A DNA stretch of 64,000 bases from Promethearchaeota archaeon (GTDB lineage: Archaea > Asgardarchaeota > Lokiarchaeia > Sigyniarchaeales > SOKP01), in the NCBI GenBank assembly GCA_019058295.1, contig JAHPZI010000007.1:1-64000 (forward strand), given 5' to 3'. The notes below the pieces were generated by a model, which saw nothing but the letters and a program-made list of their open reading frames with translations, was not told the origin of the DNA and did not search any database. The first letter of the stretch is position 1; each line of letters begins with the position of its first letter. The position numbers and the translations under genes are program-made. This document shows positions 41,228 to 51,690 of the stretch, one piece after another.

Positions 41228-42520
41228 GTGAAAAATATAACTGAATCAAAGTCAGGATCAAAAAAAGAATTAGAACGTAAAAAATTATTTTCTGATGCAT
41301 TTAAATATTTAGACAAAGTTTATGAACCAAATTTAAGAAATATTTTGAAAAGATGTTATCAGTGTGGCCGCTGTAGCGGTGTTTGTCAAGTAAGTAAAGT
41401 TCAAAAATTTACTCCAAGTAAAATTATTCAATTAATATTAGAAGGTTTTGAAGATAGAGTAATTGAAAGTGGTGTCTTATGGGATTGTTTAACTTGTAAT
41501 CAATGTCTGAAAGATTGTCCAGAACAAATAAATTTTGCAGATCTTGTACGAATGGCCAGATACAAAATGAGACATGAAGCAGATCAAAATCCTAGTGAGA
41601 TGGTTGCTCATAAAGGGATCTACACTACAATATCTGAACTAATGAGTCGCCCTTATATCGAGCCAGATAGAAATCTTGATTGGATACCTAAAGAATGTAA
41701 AATCACAGATAAGGGAGATACTTTATATTATGTTGGATGTATACCCTATTTTAATTTTGAATTTGAGAATTTAGATAATATCGCATCAAGTACATTAAAA
41801 ATAATGTGTCAATTAGAAGAAGAACCTATTGTAGTTTTTAAAGAAGAAAGTTGTTGTGGACATGATTTATATTGGGGTCAAGGGAAAATAAAAACATTTA
41901 TTAAACTAGCAATGAAAAATATTGAAATGTTCGAAAAAGCAGGAATATCTACAATTGTGACTGCATGTGCTGAGTGTTATAGAACATTTAAAATAGATTA
42001 TCCTAATATATTTGACGATTTTAATGAAAAATTTAAAGTAAAGCATTTAATTGAATATGTGTATGAAAAATGGAAACAGAATAAAATTGCTTTTAAAAAT
42101 CCTAATGAAGATGATAAAGTAATACCTTTTACTTATCATGATCCATGTAGATTAAGCAGATTCTTACCAAATGATAATAATATAACAGAAAAGGTTCGAG
42201 AAATTTTTAAAGAATTTAAAAAATTAGGCTATGAATTTAATGAAATGTTGCATAATAAAGAAAATTCTCTATGTTGCGGAGTTAGTTCTTGGATGAATTG
42301 CAATGAGAAAACTAAAGCGCTGCGATATAAACGTATGTTAGAAGCAAAAGAAGCTGGTGAGATTATGGTTACATCTTGTCCAAAATGCAATATACATCTA
42401 AGTTGCATTCAAAATGATTTTGAGAATATCGCTTCAATTAAAATTATGGATTTTTCTGAATTTTTAGTTGATCATATCGAAGTAATAAAAGACGAAGATA
42501 ATTTGGAGGGAAAGGTGTAG
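41228..42520 (+). CDS. HdrD-like (HdrC+HdrB-type) Fe-S oxidoreductase with CCG domains
   Basis: CYQCGRCSGVC, CLTCNQCLKDCP, CCGH, YHDPCRL, CCG. Confidence 0.92.
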   Translation: MKNITESKSGSKKELERKKLFSDAFKYLDKVYEPNLRNILKRCYQCGRCSGVCQVSKVQKFTPSKIIQLILEGFEDRVIESGVLWDCLTCNQCLKDCPEQINFADLVRMARYKMRHEADQNPSEMVAHKGIYTTISELMSRPYIEPDRNLDWIPKECKITDKGDTLYYVGCIPYFNFEFENLDNIASSTLKIMCQLEEEPIVVFKEESCCGHDLYWGQGKIKTFIKLAMKNIEMFEKAGISTIVTACAECYRTFKIDYPNIFDDFNEKFKVKHLIEYVYEKWKQNKIAFKNPNEDDKVIPFTYHDPCRLSRFLPNDNNITEKVREIFKEFKKLGYEFNEMLHNKENSLCCGVSSWMNCNEKTKALRYKRMLEAKEAGEIMVTSCPKCNIHLSCIQNDFENIASIKIMDFSEFLVDHIEVIKDEDNLEGKV

Positions 42521-45500
42521 TGGAAGGCTCTGTTTTAGTAATTGGGGGTGGTATTGCTGGCATACAAACTTCATTAGATCTCACCGAATTGGGTTTTAAA
42601 GTTTATTTAGTAGAAAGATCACCCTCAATAGGAGGACGTATGTCACAGTTAGATAAGACATTTCCCACTAATGATTGCAGTTTATGTATTCTTGCTCCTA
42701 AAATGGTTGAAGTCTTCAGAAATCCAAATATTGAATTAATGACATATCACGAAGTAAAAAAGGTTACTGGTAAAACTGGTAATTTTCAAGTGACAGTTCT
42801 TAAAAAACCTCGATATATTGATGAGACAAAATGCAAGGGATGTGGTGATTGTGCATCTAAATGCCCAAAAATCGAAGTTCCTAATGCTTTCGATATGAAT
42901 TTAGGAAAAAGAAAATCAGTATATATACCATTTCCTCAAGCTGTACCCCCTATTTATTTAATAGATCCTGAATTATGTCTAAAGCTTACTAAAGGGGTTT
43001 GTGGTGTTTGTGAAAAAGTTTGTCAAGCTGAAGCAATTGTTTATGACCAAAAACCAAAAGAAATTTCAATAAATGTTGGAGCAATTGTTGTAGCTACTGG
43101 ATTTGATATGCCTGCTGAAGAATTATCTTCAAGATGGGGCTATAAATATAAAAATGTTGTAAGTGCTCTTGAATATGAAAGAATCCTATGTGCATCGGGG
43201 CCATTTGAAGGCCATGTTTTAAGGCCGAGTGATGAATCAGAACCAGAAAAAATAGCTTTCATCCAATGTGCCGGTTCTAGGGATTTACATGAAAATGTCC
43301 CATATTGTTCAAGTGTATGTTGTATGTATACTGCAAAAGAAGCAATAATTACTAAGGAACACTCAGATAATTCAAATTGTTTTGTATTTAGGCATGATAT
43401 TAGAGCTTATGGTAAAAATTTTTATGAATTTACTCAAAGGGCTCAAGATGAATATGGGGTTAAATATTTTCAAACAAAAATTAGTAAAATCGAAGAAGAT
43501 AAGGAAACTAATGATTTAATTATCCATTATGAGGATTTAAAATCAGGAAAATTCAATGATTTTCGAGCAAATTTAGTAGTATTAGCTACACCATTAGTTC
43601 CTTCGAAAGGTACAATAGATTTGGCTGAAATTTTGGATATAGAATTAGATCATTACGATTTCTTTAAAGAAAACTCATATTTTAATAAATCTTTATCATC
43701 AAGCGAGGGTATTTTCTTGTGTGGTTTTTGTCAGGGACCAATGGACATACCCGAAACTGTAGCTGATGCAAGTGGAGTTGCTTCTCAAATAGCTGCTTTA
43801 TTAAATTCAGTAAAATATACTGAAACAAAAGAAAAAGTTTTAGAAATACCTGAAATGGAAGTTAAAATATCAGATGAGCCACGAATAGGAGTATTAGTAT
43901 GTCATTGCGGTATTAATATAGGTAAATACGTTGATGTTTCTGAAGTTGTAAATTATCTTAAAACATTACCTTATGTTATTCACAGTGAAGCTAATTTATA
44001 TTCATGTTCCAGTGATTCTCAAGCAAGGATAAAGGAATTAATTAAGGAACATAATTTAAACAGATTTATTGTAGCATCATGTACACCAAGAACTCATGAA
44101 GCATTATTTCAAGAAACATGTCAAGAAGCTGGATTAAATAAATACTTATTTGAAATGGTTAATATCAGAGATCAATGCTCATGGGTTCATATGGGAGATA
44201 ACAAAGCTGCTACTGAGAAAGCTAAGGATTTAATTAGGATGGCAGTTGCGAAAGCACGCTTATTAAAACCATTACCAGAAGCGAAATTGGATATTATACC
44301 CACTACTCTTATTATTGGAGGAGGTGTCTCTGGAATGACTGCTGCATTAAATATAGCTTCTCAGGGATTTAAAGCATATATTATTGAAAAAGAAAATAAG
44401 CTAGGAGGAAATTTAAACAATCTTAATATTTTATATCCAATTCAAGAAGAGGCTTCATTATTTTTGAATGATATCAAGGATAAGGTTAATAACAATAAAA
44501 ATATCCAAATTTTCTTCAATTCTAAAATCAAGAATATTAAAGGTTATATCGGTAATTATGATGTTTCAATTATCGATTCAGAAAATAAAACTTATGATCT
44601 AAAAATTGGAACTATAATTGTCGCCACAGGAGCTCAAGAATTAAAGCCTGATGGAATTTTTCTATATGATAGAAAAAATAGAAATATTATAACTCAATTA
44701 GATTTAGAACAAAAACTAAAAGATAAAGATAAATCATGGTTAGATAATATAAACCGCATAACAACAATTCTATGTGTTAACGCAAGACAAAAAGAAGGAA
44801 TTACTTATTGCTCTAACGTCTGTTGTGGTGTTAGCATTAAAAATATTAATATATTAAAAGAATTGAAACCTGAGCTCGAAATTATTGTTCTTTATAGAGA
44901 TTTCCAAATGGCCAAAAAAGATTTTGAAGAATATTATCGTGAACGTAGAAAAGATGCTGTGTTTTTAAGATATGATTTGGATAATTTACCTAAAATTAAT
45001 AAAACAAATGATAAAATTGAAAAATATAATATAAAGGTATTTGATACTAACTTACAGGACGAGATTGAATTCGAAACAGATTTAATAATTTTATCTACTC
45101 CAATGATCCCAGCGGATAACTTGGAGGAATTGGCAAAAATGCTTAAAGTTCCATTAGATAAAAACGGTTTCTTTTTAGAGGCTCACGTTAAATTAAGACC
45201 TTTAGATTTTGCAACAGATGGAATCTTTTTAGCAGGATGCGCACAATGGCCAAAAAATATTCAAGATTCGATTTCTCAAGCTAATGGTGCTGCGGGGAGA
45301 GCAAGTAGGTTTTTAAGTGCTAAAACAATAACAACCTCAGGTTTAATCGCTGAAGTGAATCCCGAAAGATGTATTGGATGTGGAAAATGTGAATCCGTTT
45401 GCCCTTATAATGCAATAGAAATTAAAGAAGCATCAATGGACTTTGAGGATGTCAGTTTAGTTTTGAAAAAGTCATTCATAAATTCAGCATTATGTAAAGG

Positions 45501-45606
45501 ATGTGGAACTTGTGCTGCTACTTGCCCGAATGGAGCAATTTCAGTGAAACATTACGATTTTGATCAAATTTATGCAATGATTGAATCATATTTATTGGAA
45601 AGATAA
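42520..45606 (+). CDS. hdrA: Large HdrA-like flavoprotein (two FAD modules; Cys-only)
   Basis: Two GGG.(A/S)G FAD motifs, TFPTNDCSLC, ferredoxin motifs, internal CHCG...CTPRTHE...CSWVH domain. Confidence 0.95.
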   Translation: MEGSVLVIGGGIAGIQTSLDLTELGFKVYLVERSPSIGGRMSQLDKTFPTNDCSLCILAPKMVEVFRNPNIELMTYHEVKKVTGKTGNFQVTVLKKPRYIDETKCKGCGDCASKCPKIEVPNAFDMNLGKRKSVYIPFPQAVPPIYLIDPELCLKLTKGVCGVCEKVCQAEAIVYDQKPKEISINVGAIVVATGFDMPAEELSSRWGYKYKNVVSALEYERILCASGPFEGHVLRPSDESEPEKIAFIQCAGSRDLHENVPYCSSVCCMYTAKEAIITKEHSDNSNCFVFRHDIRAYGKNFYEFTQRAQDEYGVKYFQTKISKIEEDKETNDLIIHYEDLKSGKFNDFRANLVVLATPLVPSKGTIDLAEILDIELDHYDFFKENSYFNKSLSSSEGIFLCGFCQGPMDIPETVADASGVASQIAALLNSVKYTETKEKVLEIPEMEVKISDEPRIGVLVCHCGINIGKYVDVSEVVNYLKTLPYVIHSEANLYSCSSDSQARIKELIKEHNLNRFIVASCTPRTHEALFQETCQEAGLNKYLFEMVNIRDQCSWVHMGDNKAATEKAKDLIRMAVAKARLLKPLPEAKLDIIPTTLIIGGGVSGMTAALNIASQGFKAYIIEKENKLGGNLNNLNILYPIQEEASLFLNDIKDKVNNNKNIQIFFNSKIKNIKGYIGNYDVSIIDSENKTYDLKIGTIIVATGAQELKPDGIFLYDRKNRNIITQLDLEQKLKDKDKSWLDNINRITTILCVNARQKEGITYCSNVCCGVSIKNINILKELKPELEIIVLYRDFQMAKKDFEEYYRERRKDAVFLRYDLDNLPKINKTNDKIEKYNIKVFDTNLQDEIEFETDLIILSTPMIPADNLEELAKMLKVPLDKNGFFLEAHVKLRPLDFATDGIFLAGCAQWPKNIQDSISQANGAAGRASRFLSAKTITTSGLIAEVNPERCIGCGKCESVCPYNAIEIKEASMDFEDVSLVLKKSFINSALCKGCGTCAATCPNGAISVKHYDFDQIYAMIESYLLER

Positions 45607-45633
45607 ACATTAAATTAGAATATATAATTAAAA

Positions 45634-46071
45634 ATGTCAAAAACAAAAAGAAAAGTTAAGAAAAAAGATTTTAATCCGGAAATTTTAGTTTTTTGTTGTA
45701 ATTGGTGCTCTTATGCAGGAGCAGATCTAGCAGGAGTTTCAAGATTCCAATATCCTCCTAATATGAGAATTGTTCGTGTTATGTGTTCAGGAAGAGTTGA
45801 TCCCTCATTTGTATTAAAAGCTTTAAAAGAAGGAGCTGATGGTGTTCTTATTACTGGATGCCATATAGGTGATTGTCATTATATCAGTGGTAATGAATAC
45901 ACTCGAGATAGATTTCAAAAACTTCATCAATTTATTATAAAACAACTGGGAATAAATGGAAAACGTGTAAGATTAGAATGGGTAAGTGCCTCTGAGGGAA
46001 AGCGATTTGCTGAATTAATCACTGAATTTACTAATCAAATAAAAGAATTAGGCCCATTTAAAGTTCTTTAA
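45634..46071 (+). CDS. mvhD: Hydrogenase iron-sulfur subunit MvhD (Cys form)
   Basis: FCCNWCSYAGADLAG, MCSGRV, GCHIGDCHY, WVSASEG. Confidence 0.96.
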   Translation: MSKTKRKVKKKDFNPEILVFCCNWCSYAGADLAGVSRFQYPPNMRIVRVMCSGRVDPSFVLKALKEGADGVLITGCHIGDCHYISGNEYTRDRFQKLHQFIIKQLGINGKRVRLEWVSASEGKRFAELITEFTNQIKELGPFKVL

Positions 46072-46450
46072 AGAAATTTATATAGTATTTTGTACAAATT
46101 AGTTTTCAGATGATATAAGAAAAAAACTTGTGTTTTCTTCGTTTTCTTCTTTCAACCTTGACAAAAATTAATTGATCATTTACTATCCTTTTTATTTGAG
46201 AAACTTCATTCTTATATGATCCATATTAATAACTCAAAAAATTGATTTTGACTGATCTCGATAAAGGTTTTTCACTCAAATGATGGATATGCAAAAAATA
46301 TTTAGAGGTTTTGATCGATTCTGATCAAAATATTTATATACATTATTTTACTTATTTATTGATTATAAAATAGAGTCTTGACCAATGTGTCTTATATATC
46401 ATTTGACATAGGTTTAAAATTTCTATTCTTTATTAGGAGGTTAATTAAAA

Positions 46451-49216
46451 TTGGAAGGTTCCGTATTAGTTATTGGTGGTGGGATTGCTGGCATTCAGAC
46501 CTCATTGGATCTAACTGAACTAGGATTTAAAGTATATTTAGTTGAAAGAGAACCATCACTTGGAGGTCATATGGCGCAACTAGATAAATTATATCCTCAA
46601 GATGATTGTAGTTTATGTATGCTTGCTCCTAAAATGGTCGCTGTATATAAAAATCCCAATATTGAAATATTGACATTATCTAATGTGCAAAAAGTTTCTG
46701 GAAAAGCTGGAAATTTCACTGTAAGTATTATTAAAAATCCACGCTACATTGATGAAACAAAATGTAGAGGATGTGGAGATTGTGCCGCTAAATGTCCTAA
46801 AATTGAAGCTCCTAATGCTTTTGATATGAATTTCGGTAAACGTAAATCGATATATATTCCATTTCCTCAAGCAACTCCTCCTGTATATTTAATTGATCCT
46901 AAATTATGTCTTTATTTAAATAGAGACATATGTGGTGTATGTAATAAAGTTTGTAAAGCTGGAGCGATTGAATTTGAACAAAAGTCTCAGGAAATTACAT
47001 TAAATGTTGGAGCGATTGTAGTTGCTACTGGATTTGATATTTTAGGTGATAAATTAGCACCGATTTGGGGTTATCAATATAAGAATGTAATTAATGCTTT
47101 AGAGTATGAAAGAATTTTATGCCCCACTGGACCATTTGGTGGGTTTGTTTTGCGACCAAGTGATGAACAAGAACCTGAAAAAATTGCTTTTATTCAATGT
47201 GCTGGTTCCGGTTATTTGAAGGGAAATGTACCATATTGTTCCCATGTATGTTGTTTATATACTGCAAAACAAGCAAAGCTGACAAAAATTTACGCTGAGA
47301 ATTCTCAAGTTTTTGTATTTAGGCATAATATTAGAGTTTATGGAAGAGAATTTTATGAATATACTAAAAAGATTCAGAAAGATTATGATATTAAGTATTT
47401 TCATTCCAAAATAAACAATATTGAAGAAGATTCTGAAACCAATGATTTAATTATCCACTATGTTGATTTAAAAGATGAAAAATTAATCGATAAAGATTTT
47501 CGAGCAAATATGGTTGTTTTAGCCTCTCCAGTTGTTCCTGCTAAAGGCACAGAAAAATTAGCAAAATTATTAGGAATAAAATTAGGGAGATATAGTTTTT
47601 TTAAATCAAATTCCTATTTTAACACCTCTCAATCTACACGAGAAGGAGTTTATTTATGTGGAGCAAATCATGGACCAATTAATATCTCCCAAAGTGTTTC
47701 TGAAGCTAGCGCTGTGGCCTCTCAGGTTGCTATCCTCTTAAATTCAGCTAAATACTCTAAGATTACTGAAAAAGAAGTCGATATATTACCCGATGAGAGT
47801 ATTATCAAGATGACGCCTCATGCGTTGATAATTGGTGGTGGGGTCTCTGGTATGACTGCTGCCTTGAATATTAGCGAGCAAGGTTTTGAAACAAGCATTA
47901 TAGAAAAAGAAGAAAGATTAGGAGGGAATTTAAATGATATAAATATTTTATATCCATCTCATCAAGAAGCCTCAGAATTTTTAAATGAAATAGAAAATAA
48001 GGTCAGAAATAATAAAAACATTCAAGTTTTCTTAAATTCTAAAGTAAAAGAGATAAATGGTTCCCTCGGTAATTATAGAGTTTTAATTTTCGATTCTAAA
48101 AATAATACTCATGAATTAAAAGTTGGAACCATTATTGTTGCAACTGGAAGTCAAGAATTTAAACCACATGGATTATTTCAATATGAGAAAAAAAATAAGA
48201 ACGTTATAATACAAAAAGATTTAGAAAAATTGCTTAAAAGTAAAGATACATCTTGGCTTGATAAAATAAATCATGTAACTACGATTTTATGTGTGAATGC
48301 TCGACAAAAAGGTGGGTATTCATATTGCTCAAATATTTGTTGTGGTACTTCAATAAAAAATATCAATATTTTGAATAAAGTAAAACCAAATCTAGATTTT
48401 GTTGTACTCTTCCGAGATCTTCATGTCGCGAAAAAAGAATTTGAAGAATTTTTTAGTAAGAGAAAAGAAATTGCAAATTATTTAAGATATGATCCAGAAA
48501 ATATCCCTGAAATTACTAAAATTCAGGATAATCCAGAAAGATACGAAATAAAATTATACAACGAGAGAAACACAAATGAATACATAAAATTCAAAACTGA
48601 CCTCATTGTGTTATCAACTCCTATGATACCTAATGATGATAATGAAGAATTAGCCCAAATGCTTAAGATTCCTTTAGATGATAATAGTTTTTTTATCGAA
48701 GCGCATGCTAAATTAAGACCCTTGGATTTTTCCGCACATGGAGTTTTCATATGTGGTAGTGCATTATGGCCTAAAAATGTACAAGAATCTATAGCAGAAG
48801 CAAATGGAGCAGCGGGAAGGGCAAGTAGATTCTTAAGTTTAAAGGAGATTTCAACTACAAAATTAGAATTACTCTCATTTCTGCTTTCTATCCAATGTTT
48901 TTTTAAGGATATGATTGTAAACAATGAAAGATGTAATGGATGCGGAAGATGTGTGGAAGTCTGTCAATTTAAAGCGATAACATTAACAGATTTAAAACAA
49001 GAATTCGAGGATGTAACAGTGCCGGCTAAAAAGGCATATATTAATCCTGCCTTATGTAAAGGGTGTGGAAGATGTGCTGCCACGTGTAGGATAAAAGCGA
49101 TTGATCCCCTACATTATGACTTTAATCAAATCAAATCTATAATTGATCCTTACTTCTTAGAAAAAGTGAAAAGTGAGGAAATGGAAGAAAAAACTGAATT
49201 ACTGATGATTGATTAA
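46451..49216 (+). CDS. HdrA-like flavoprotein paralog lacking the internal CHCG/CTPR domain
   Basis: Closely similar to 42520..45606 but joins EKEVDILP directly to the second FAD module. GGAGG before TTG start. Confidence 0.93.
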   Translation: MEGSVLVIGGGIAGIQTSLDLTELGFKVYLVEREPSLGGHMAQLDKLYPQDDCSLCMLAPKMVAVYKNPNIEILTLSNVQKVSGKAGNFTVSIIKNPRYIDETKCRGCGDCAAKCPKIEAPNAFDMNFGKRKSIYIPFPQATPPVYLIDPKLCLYLNRDICGVCNKVCKAGAIEFEQKSQEITLNVGAIVVATGFDILGDKLAPIWGYQYKNVINALEYERILCPTGPFGGFVLRPSDEQEPEKIAFIQCAGSGYLKGNVPYCSHVCCLYTAKQAKLTKIYAENSQVFVFRHNIRVYGREFYEYTKKIQKDYDIKYFHSKINNIEEDSETNDLIIHYVDLKDEKLIDKDFRANMVVLASPVVPAKGTEKLAKLLGIKLGRYSFFKSNSYFNTSQSTREGVYLCGANHGPINISQSVSEASAVASQVAILLNSAKYSKITEKEVDILPDESIIKMTPHALIIGGGVSGMTAALNISEQGFETSIIEKEERLGGNLNDINILYPSHQEASEFLNEIENKVRNNKNIQVFLNSKVKEINGSLGNYRVLIFDSKNNTHELKVGTIIVATGSQEFKPHGLFQYEKKNKNVIIQKDLEKLLKSKDTSWLDKINHVTTILCVNARQKGGYSYCSNICCGTSIKNINILNKVKPNLDFVVLFRDLHVAKKEFEEFFSKRKEIANYLRYDPENIPEITKIQDNPERYEIKLYNERNTNEYIKFKTDLIVLSTPMIPNDDNEELAQMLKIPLDDNSFFIEAHAKLRPLDFSAHGVFICGSALWPKNVQESIAEANGAAGRASRFLSLKEISTTKLELLSFLLSIQCFFKDMIVNNERCNGCGRCVEVCQFKAITLTDLKQEFEDVTVPAKKAYINPALCKGCGRCAATCRIKAIDPLHYDFNQIKSIIDPYFLEKVKSEEMEEKTELLMID

Positions 49217-49391
49217 AATTTAATTTATTTTCTTTAAATCAGTTTTTCTTCTGATATTTTTTTTCTTTGGCTATCTAACAATAAGTTTGAGTAATATTCG
49301 ATGGTCTTTTAACATCAAAATTTATTATTGTTTTATTATTTAAAACACTAATTCAAATTAATTTAATAACCTCATAAAAAAATGAAAAAAG

Positions 49392-50228
49392 GTGATTAAA
49401 ATCTCTGAAGTAAAAAAATTCGAGCATATTAAAATAGATTGGGTTGAAGATGGAAATTACGCTGTAATAAGTATAAACCGTCCTGATAAATTGAACGCAC
49501 TTCAAAATATGACGCTCAAGGAAATTGCAGAAGCTTTAGAAACATTAGCAGTGGATCCAAAAGCTCGGTGTGTAGTTTTACGGGGCACTAAGGATTTTAC
49601 TAAAAAACCTGCTTTCTCAGCTGGCGCTGATCTCTCTTCTCGTAGCGGCTCTGACTTGGACCAACGTAATTTAAGGCATCAAAGTCATGCAATGTATAGG
49701 AGACATAAATATTACGATTTAATTGAAGAATTTCCAAAACCTTTAATAGCTGCTGTTGATGGATATGCCTTAGGGGGAGGGTTTGAATTAGTATTAGTAT
49801 GTGATATCGTTATTGCATCGAAACGATCAACATTCGGATTTCCTGAAATTCAAAGAGGTATTTTTGCTGCGAATGGAGGCACACAACGATTAATTAGACA
49901 TATTGGCAAATATAGAACAAAGAAATTGATGTTTTTTGGGGCGCATTTTACTGCAAAAGAAATCTATGATTGGGGTATTGTCGCTTTTTTAGTAGATGAC
50001 GATAAATTTGAGGATATTTTACACGAAAAAGCATCTTGGTTAGGAAATGCTGCTACAAATAGTTTATTTGTAATTAAAAAGTGTGTCGATTATGGAACTC
50101 AAGTACCATTAAATGTCGGACTTCAATTCGAACAATTTGGTTATGCTGTAAATTCCCAGTCAAAGGATGTCATTGAAGGAGTAACTGCCTTTCTCCAAAA
50201 GAGGACTCCTAAATTTAAAGGTAAATAA
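49392..50228 (+). CDS. Enoyl-CoA hydratase/isomerase
   Basis: AFSAGADL, ALGGGFEL, FGFPEI. Confidence 0.95.
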   Translation: MIKISEVKKFEHIKIDWVEDGNYAVISINRPDKLNALQNMTLKEIAEALETLAVDPKARCVVLRGTKDFTKKPAFSAGADLSSRSGSDLDQRNLRHQSHAMYRRHKYYDLIEEFPKPLIAAVDGYALGGGFELVLVCDIVIASKRSTFGFPEIQRGIFAANGGTQRLIRHIGKYRTKKLMFFGAHFTAKEIYDWGIVAFLVDDDKFEDILHEKASWLGNAATNSLFVIKKCVDYGTQVPLNVGLQFEQFGYAVNSQSKDVIEGVTAFLQKRTPKFKGK

Positions 50229-50300
50229 GATTAAATACTCAATCTATAATTTACTTTTTTTTTATTATTATTTTCTAATGAAATCTTTTTAGTATGTATA

Positions 50301-51398
50301 TTAAGTCAATAAAGTCCATGCAATTTTATTTTCTTCAAACATTTGTTTGTTAATTTCAACACCTAATCCAGGTTTTTCTAAGGCTGAAACGAATCCCTTT
50401 TCAACCTTTATAGGTTCTTCGAGAAATTGAAATTGTTCTGGGTAATATGGGAATTCGCATATTTCGCATCTTGAAGCCATAATGAAATGTAAATTTGCAG
50501 CTATAGTATGGCCATAACCAAAAATATGAGGTATGCATCGAACGCCTTTCACTTCTGACATAGCATCAATTTTTTTGAGTTCGATAAAGCCTCCGCTACG
50601 TGTTACATCTGGTTGAATAATATCATAGCACCCTCTCGTTAATATATCTTCGAATCGGAAAATTCCCATGTCATTTTCTCCACCTGCAATTTCAATTGGA
50701 GATTTCTCTCTTAATCGAGCAAGACCATTTAGATTATCACTAGGTAAAGGTTCTTCCAGCCAAGTAAGGTCGTATTTATCGCAAATTCTTGCTACTTTTA
50801 GTGCATCGCTTACTGAAGTATATCCCGAATTAACATCAACCATTATTTCTATGTCTGGAAATGTATCTCTTACGGCTTTTATAAGCATTTCATCCTTTTT
50901 GATTCCTTGTCCTATTCTTAACTTAACAGCAGTAAATCCTCCTGTTTGAACTGCACTTTGTACAGCTCCAACTGCAGCCTTAGGTTTATAAACTTTAAAT
51001 AACGAAGCGTAAGCGCGAACTTTTTGTTTTCGAGCCCCTAATAGTTTATATATTGGTTGTTTTGTAATCTTGCCTATAATATCCCATAATGCAACTTGCA
51101 CAGCACTAGTTGATTGCGGTATTCCAAACATAATTCTATTTGACATATGATATATATCATTATAGATATCGTCTGTCAAAAAAGGATCTCTATTTATTAA
51201 AAATTTCTTCAATGCTTCATCTATAAATTGCTTTTGAGCCATATTTGATAAATTCCAATGAGATAGAGCCCAACCATCAATACCCTCGTCTGTTATGATT
51301 TGAATATATAAGCCAGATGCTTTGAAACGTGGCATTGATCCAATTTTTATCTTAAAGTCAGGTTGAATCACATGTGTTTTAACATCTGTAATTATCAT
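50301..51398 (-). CDS. Mandelate racemase/muconate lactonizing enzyme family protein
   Basis: ALWDIIGK, VKLR, MVDVN, WLEEP, GEN, QPD, PH. Confidence 0.93.
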   Translation of the reverse strand: MIITDVKTHVIQPDFKIKIGSMPRFKASGLYIQIITDEGIDGWALSHWNLSNMAQKQFIDEALKKFLINRDPFLTDDIYNDIYHMSNRIMFGIPQSTSAVQVALWDIIGKITKQPIYKLLGARKQKVRAYASLFKVYKPKAAVGAVQSAVQTGGFTAVKLRIGQGIKKDEMLIKAVRDTFPDIEIMVDVNSGYTSVSDALKVARICDKYDLTWLEEPLPSDNLNGLARLREKSPIEIAGGENDMGIFRFEDILTRGCYDIIQPDVTRSGGFIELKKIDAMSEVKGVRCIPHIFGYGHTIAANLHFIMASRCEICEFPYYPEQFQFLEEPIKVEKGFVSALEKPGLGVEINKQMFEENKIAWTLLT

Positions 51399-51690
51399 AA
51401 TTTATATCCTCTATCATTTTTTATTAATTTAATTCTTTTAATTATAAAATCTTATAATTGTACGATATCTTAATTTTATTAAAACTTGGATCCGGCAGAA
51501 TTACTACCTTCTAAAGAGTTTATAGCACCAACTTCGAATTTAAAATCAAGCTTTCATTTGTATTTTTTGAATTCTATAATTTTCATAAAAATCAAATTAG
51601 AAGTGTTTAAATTAATCATCTTTATTATTAGTATAGCTGTTTAGAAAAAAAATATTTCAATCTCTTTTTAAAATCACTGTATATAAGCGT

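Noticed and set aside
48850-48915. ~14-aa insertion in third HdrA as a second BHB intron
   Set aside because: In frame, no stop codons, and I could not build bulge-helix-bulge geometry.
51478-51586. Short minus-strand frame MKIIEFKKYK-TGA-KLDFKFEV... as a tiny selenoprotein
   Set aside because: No redox/Cys-like context, no recognisable homology, no SECIS-like fold nearby.
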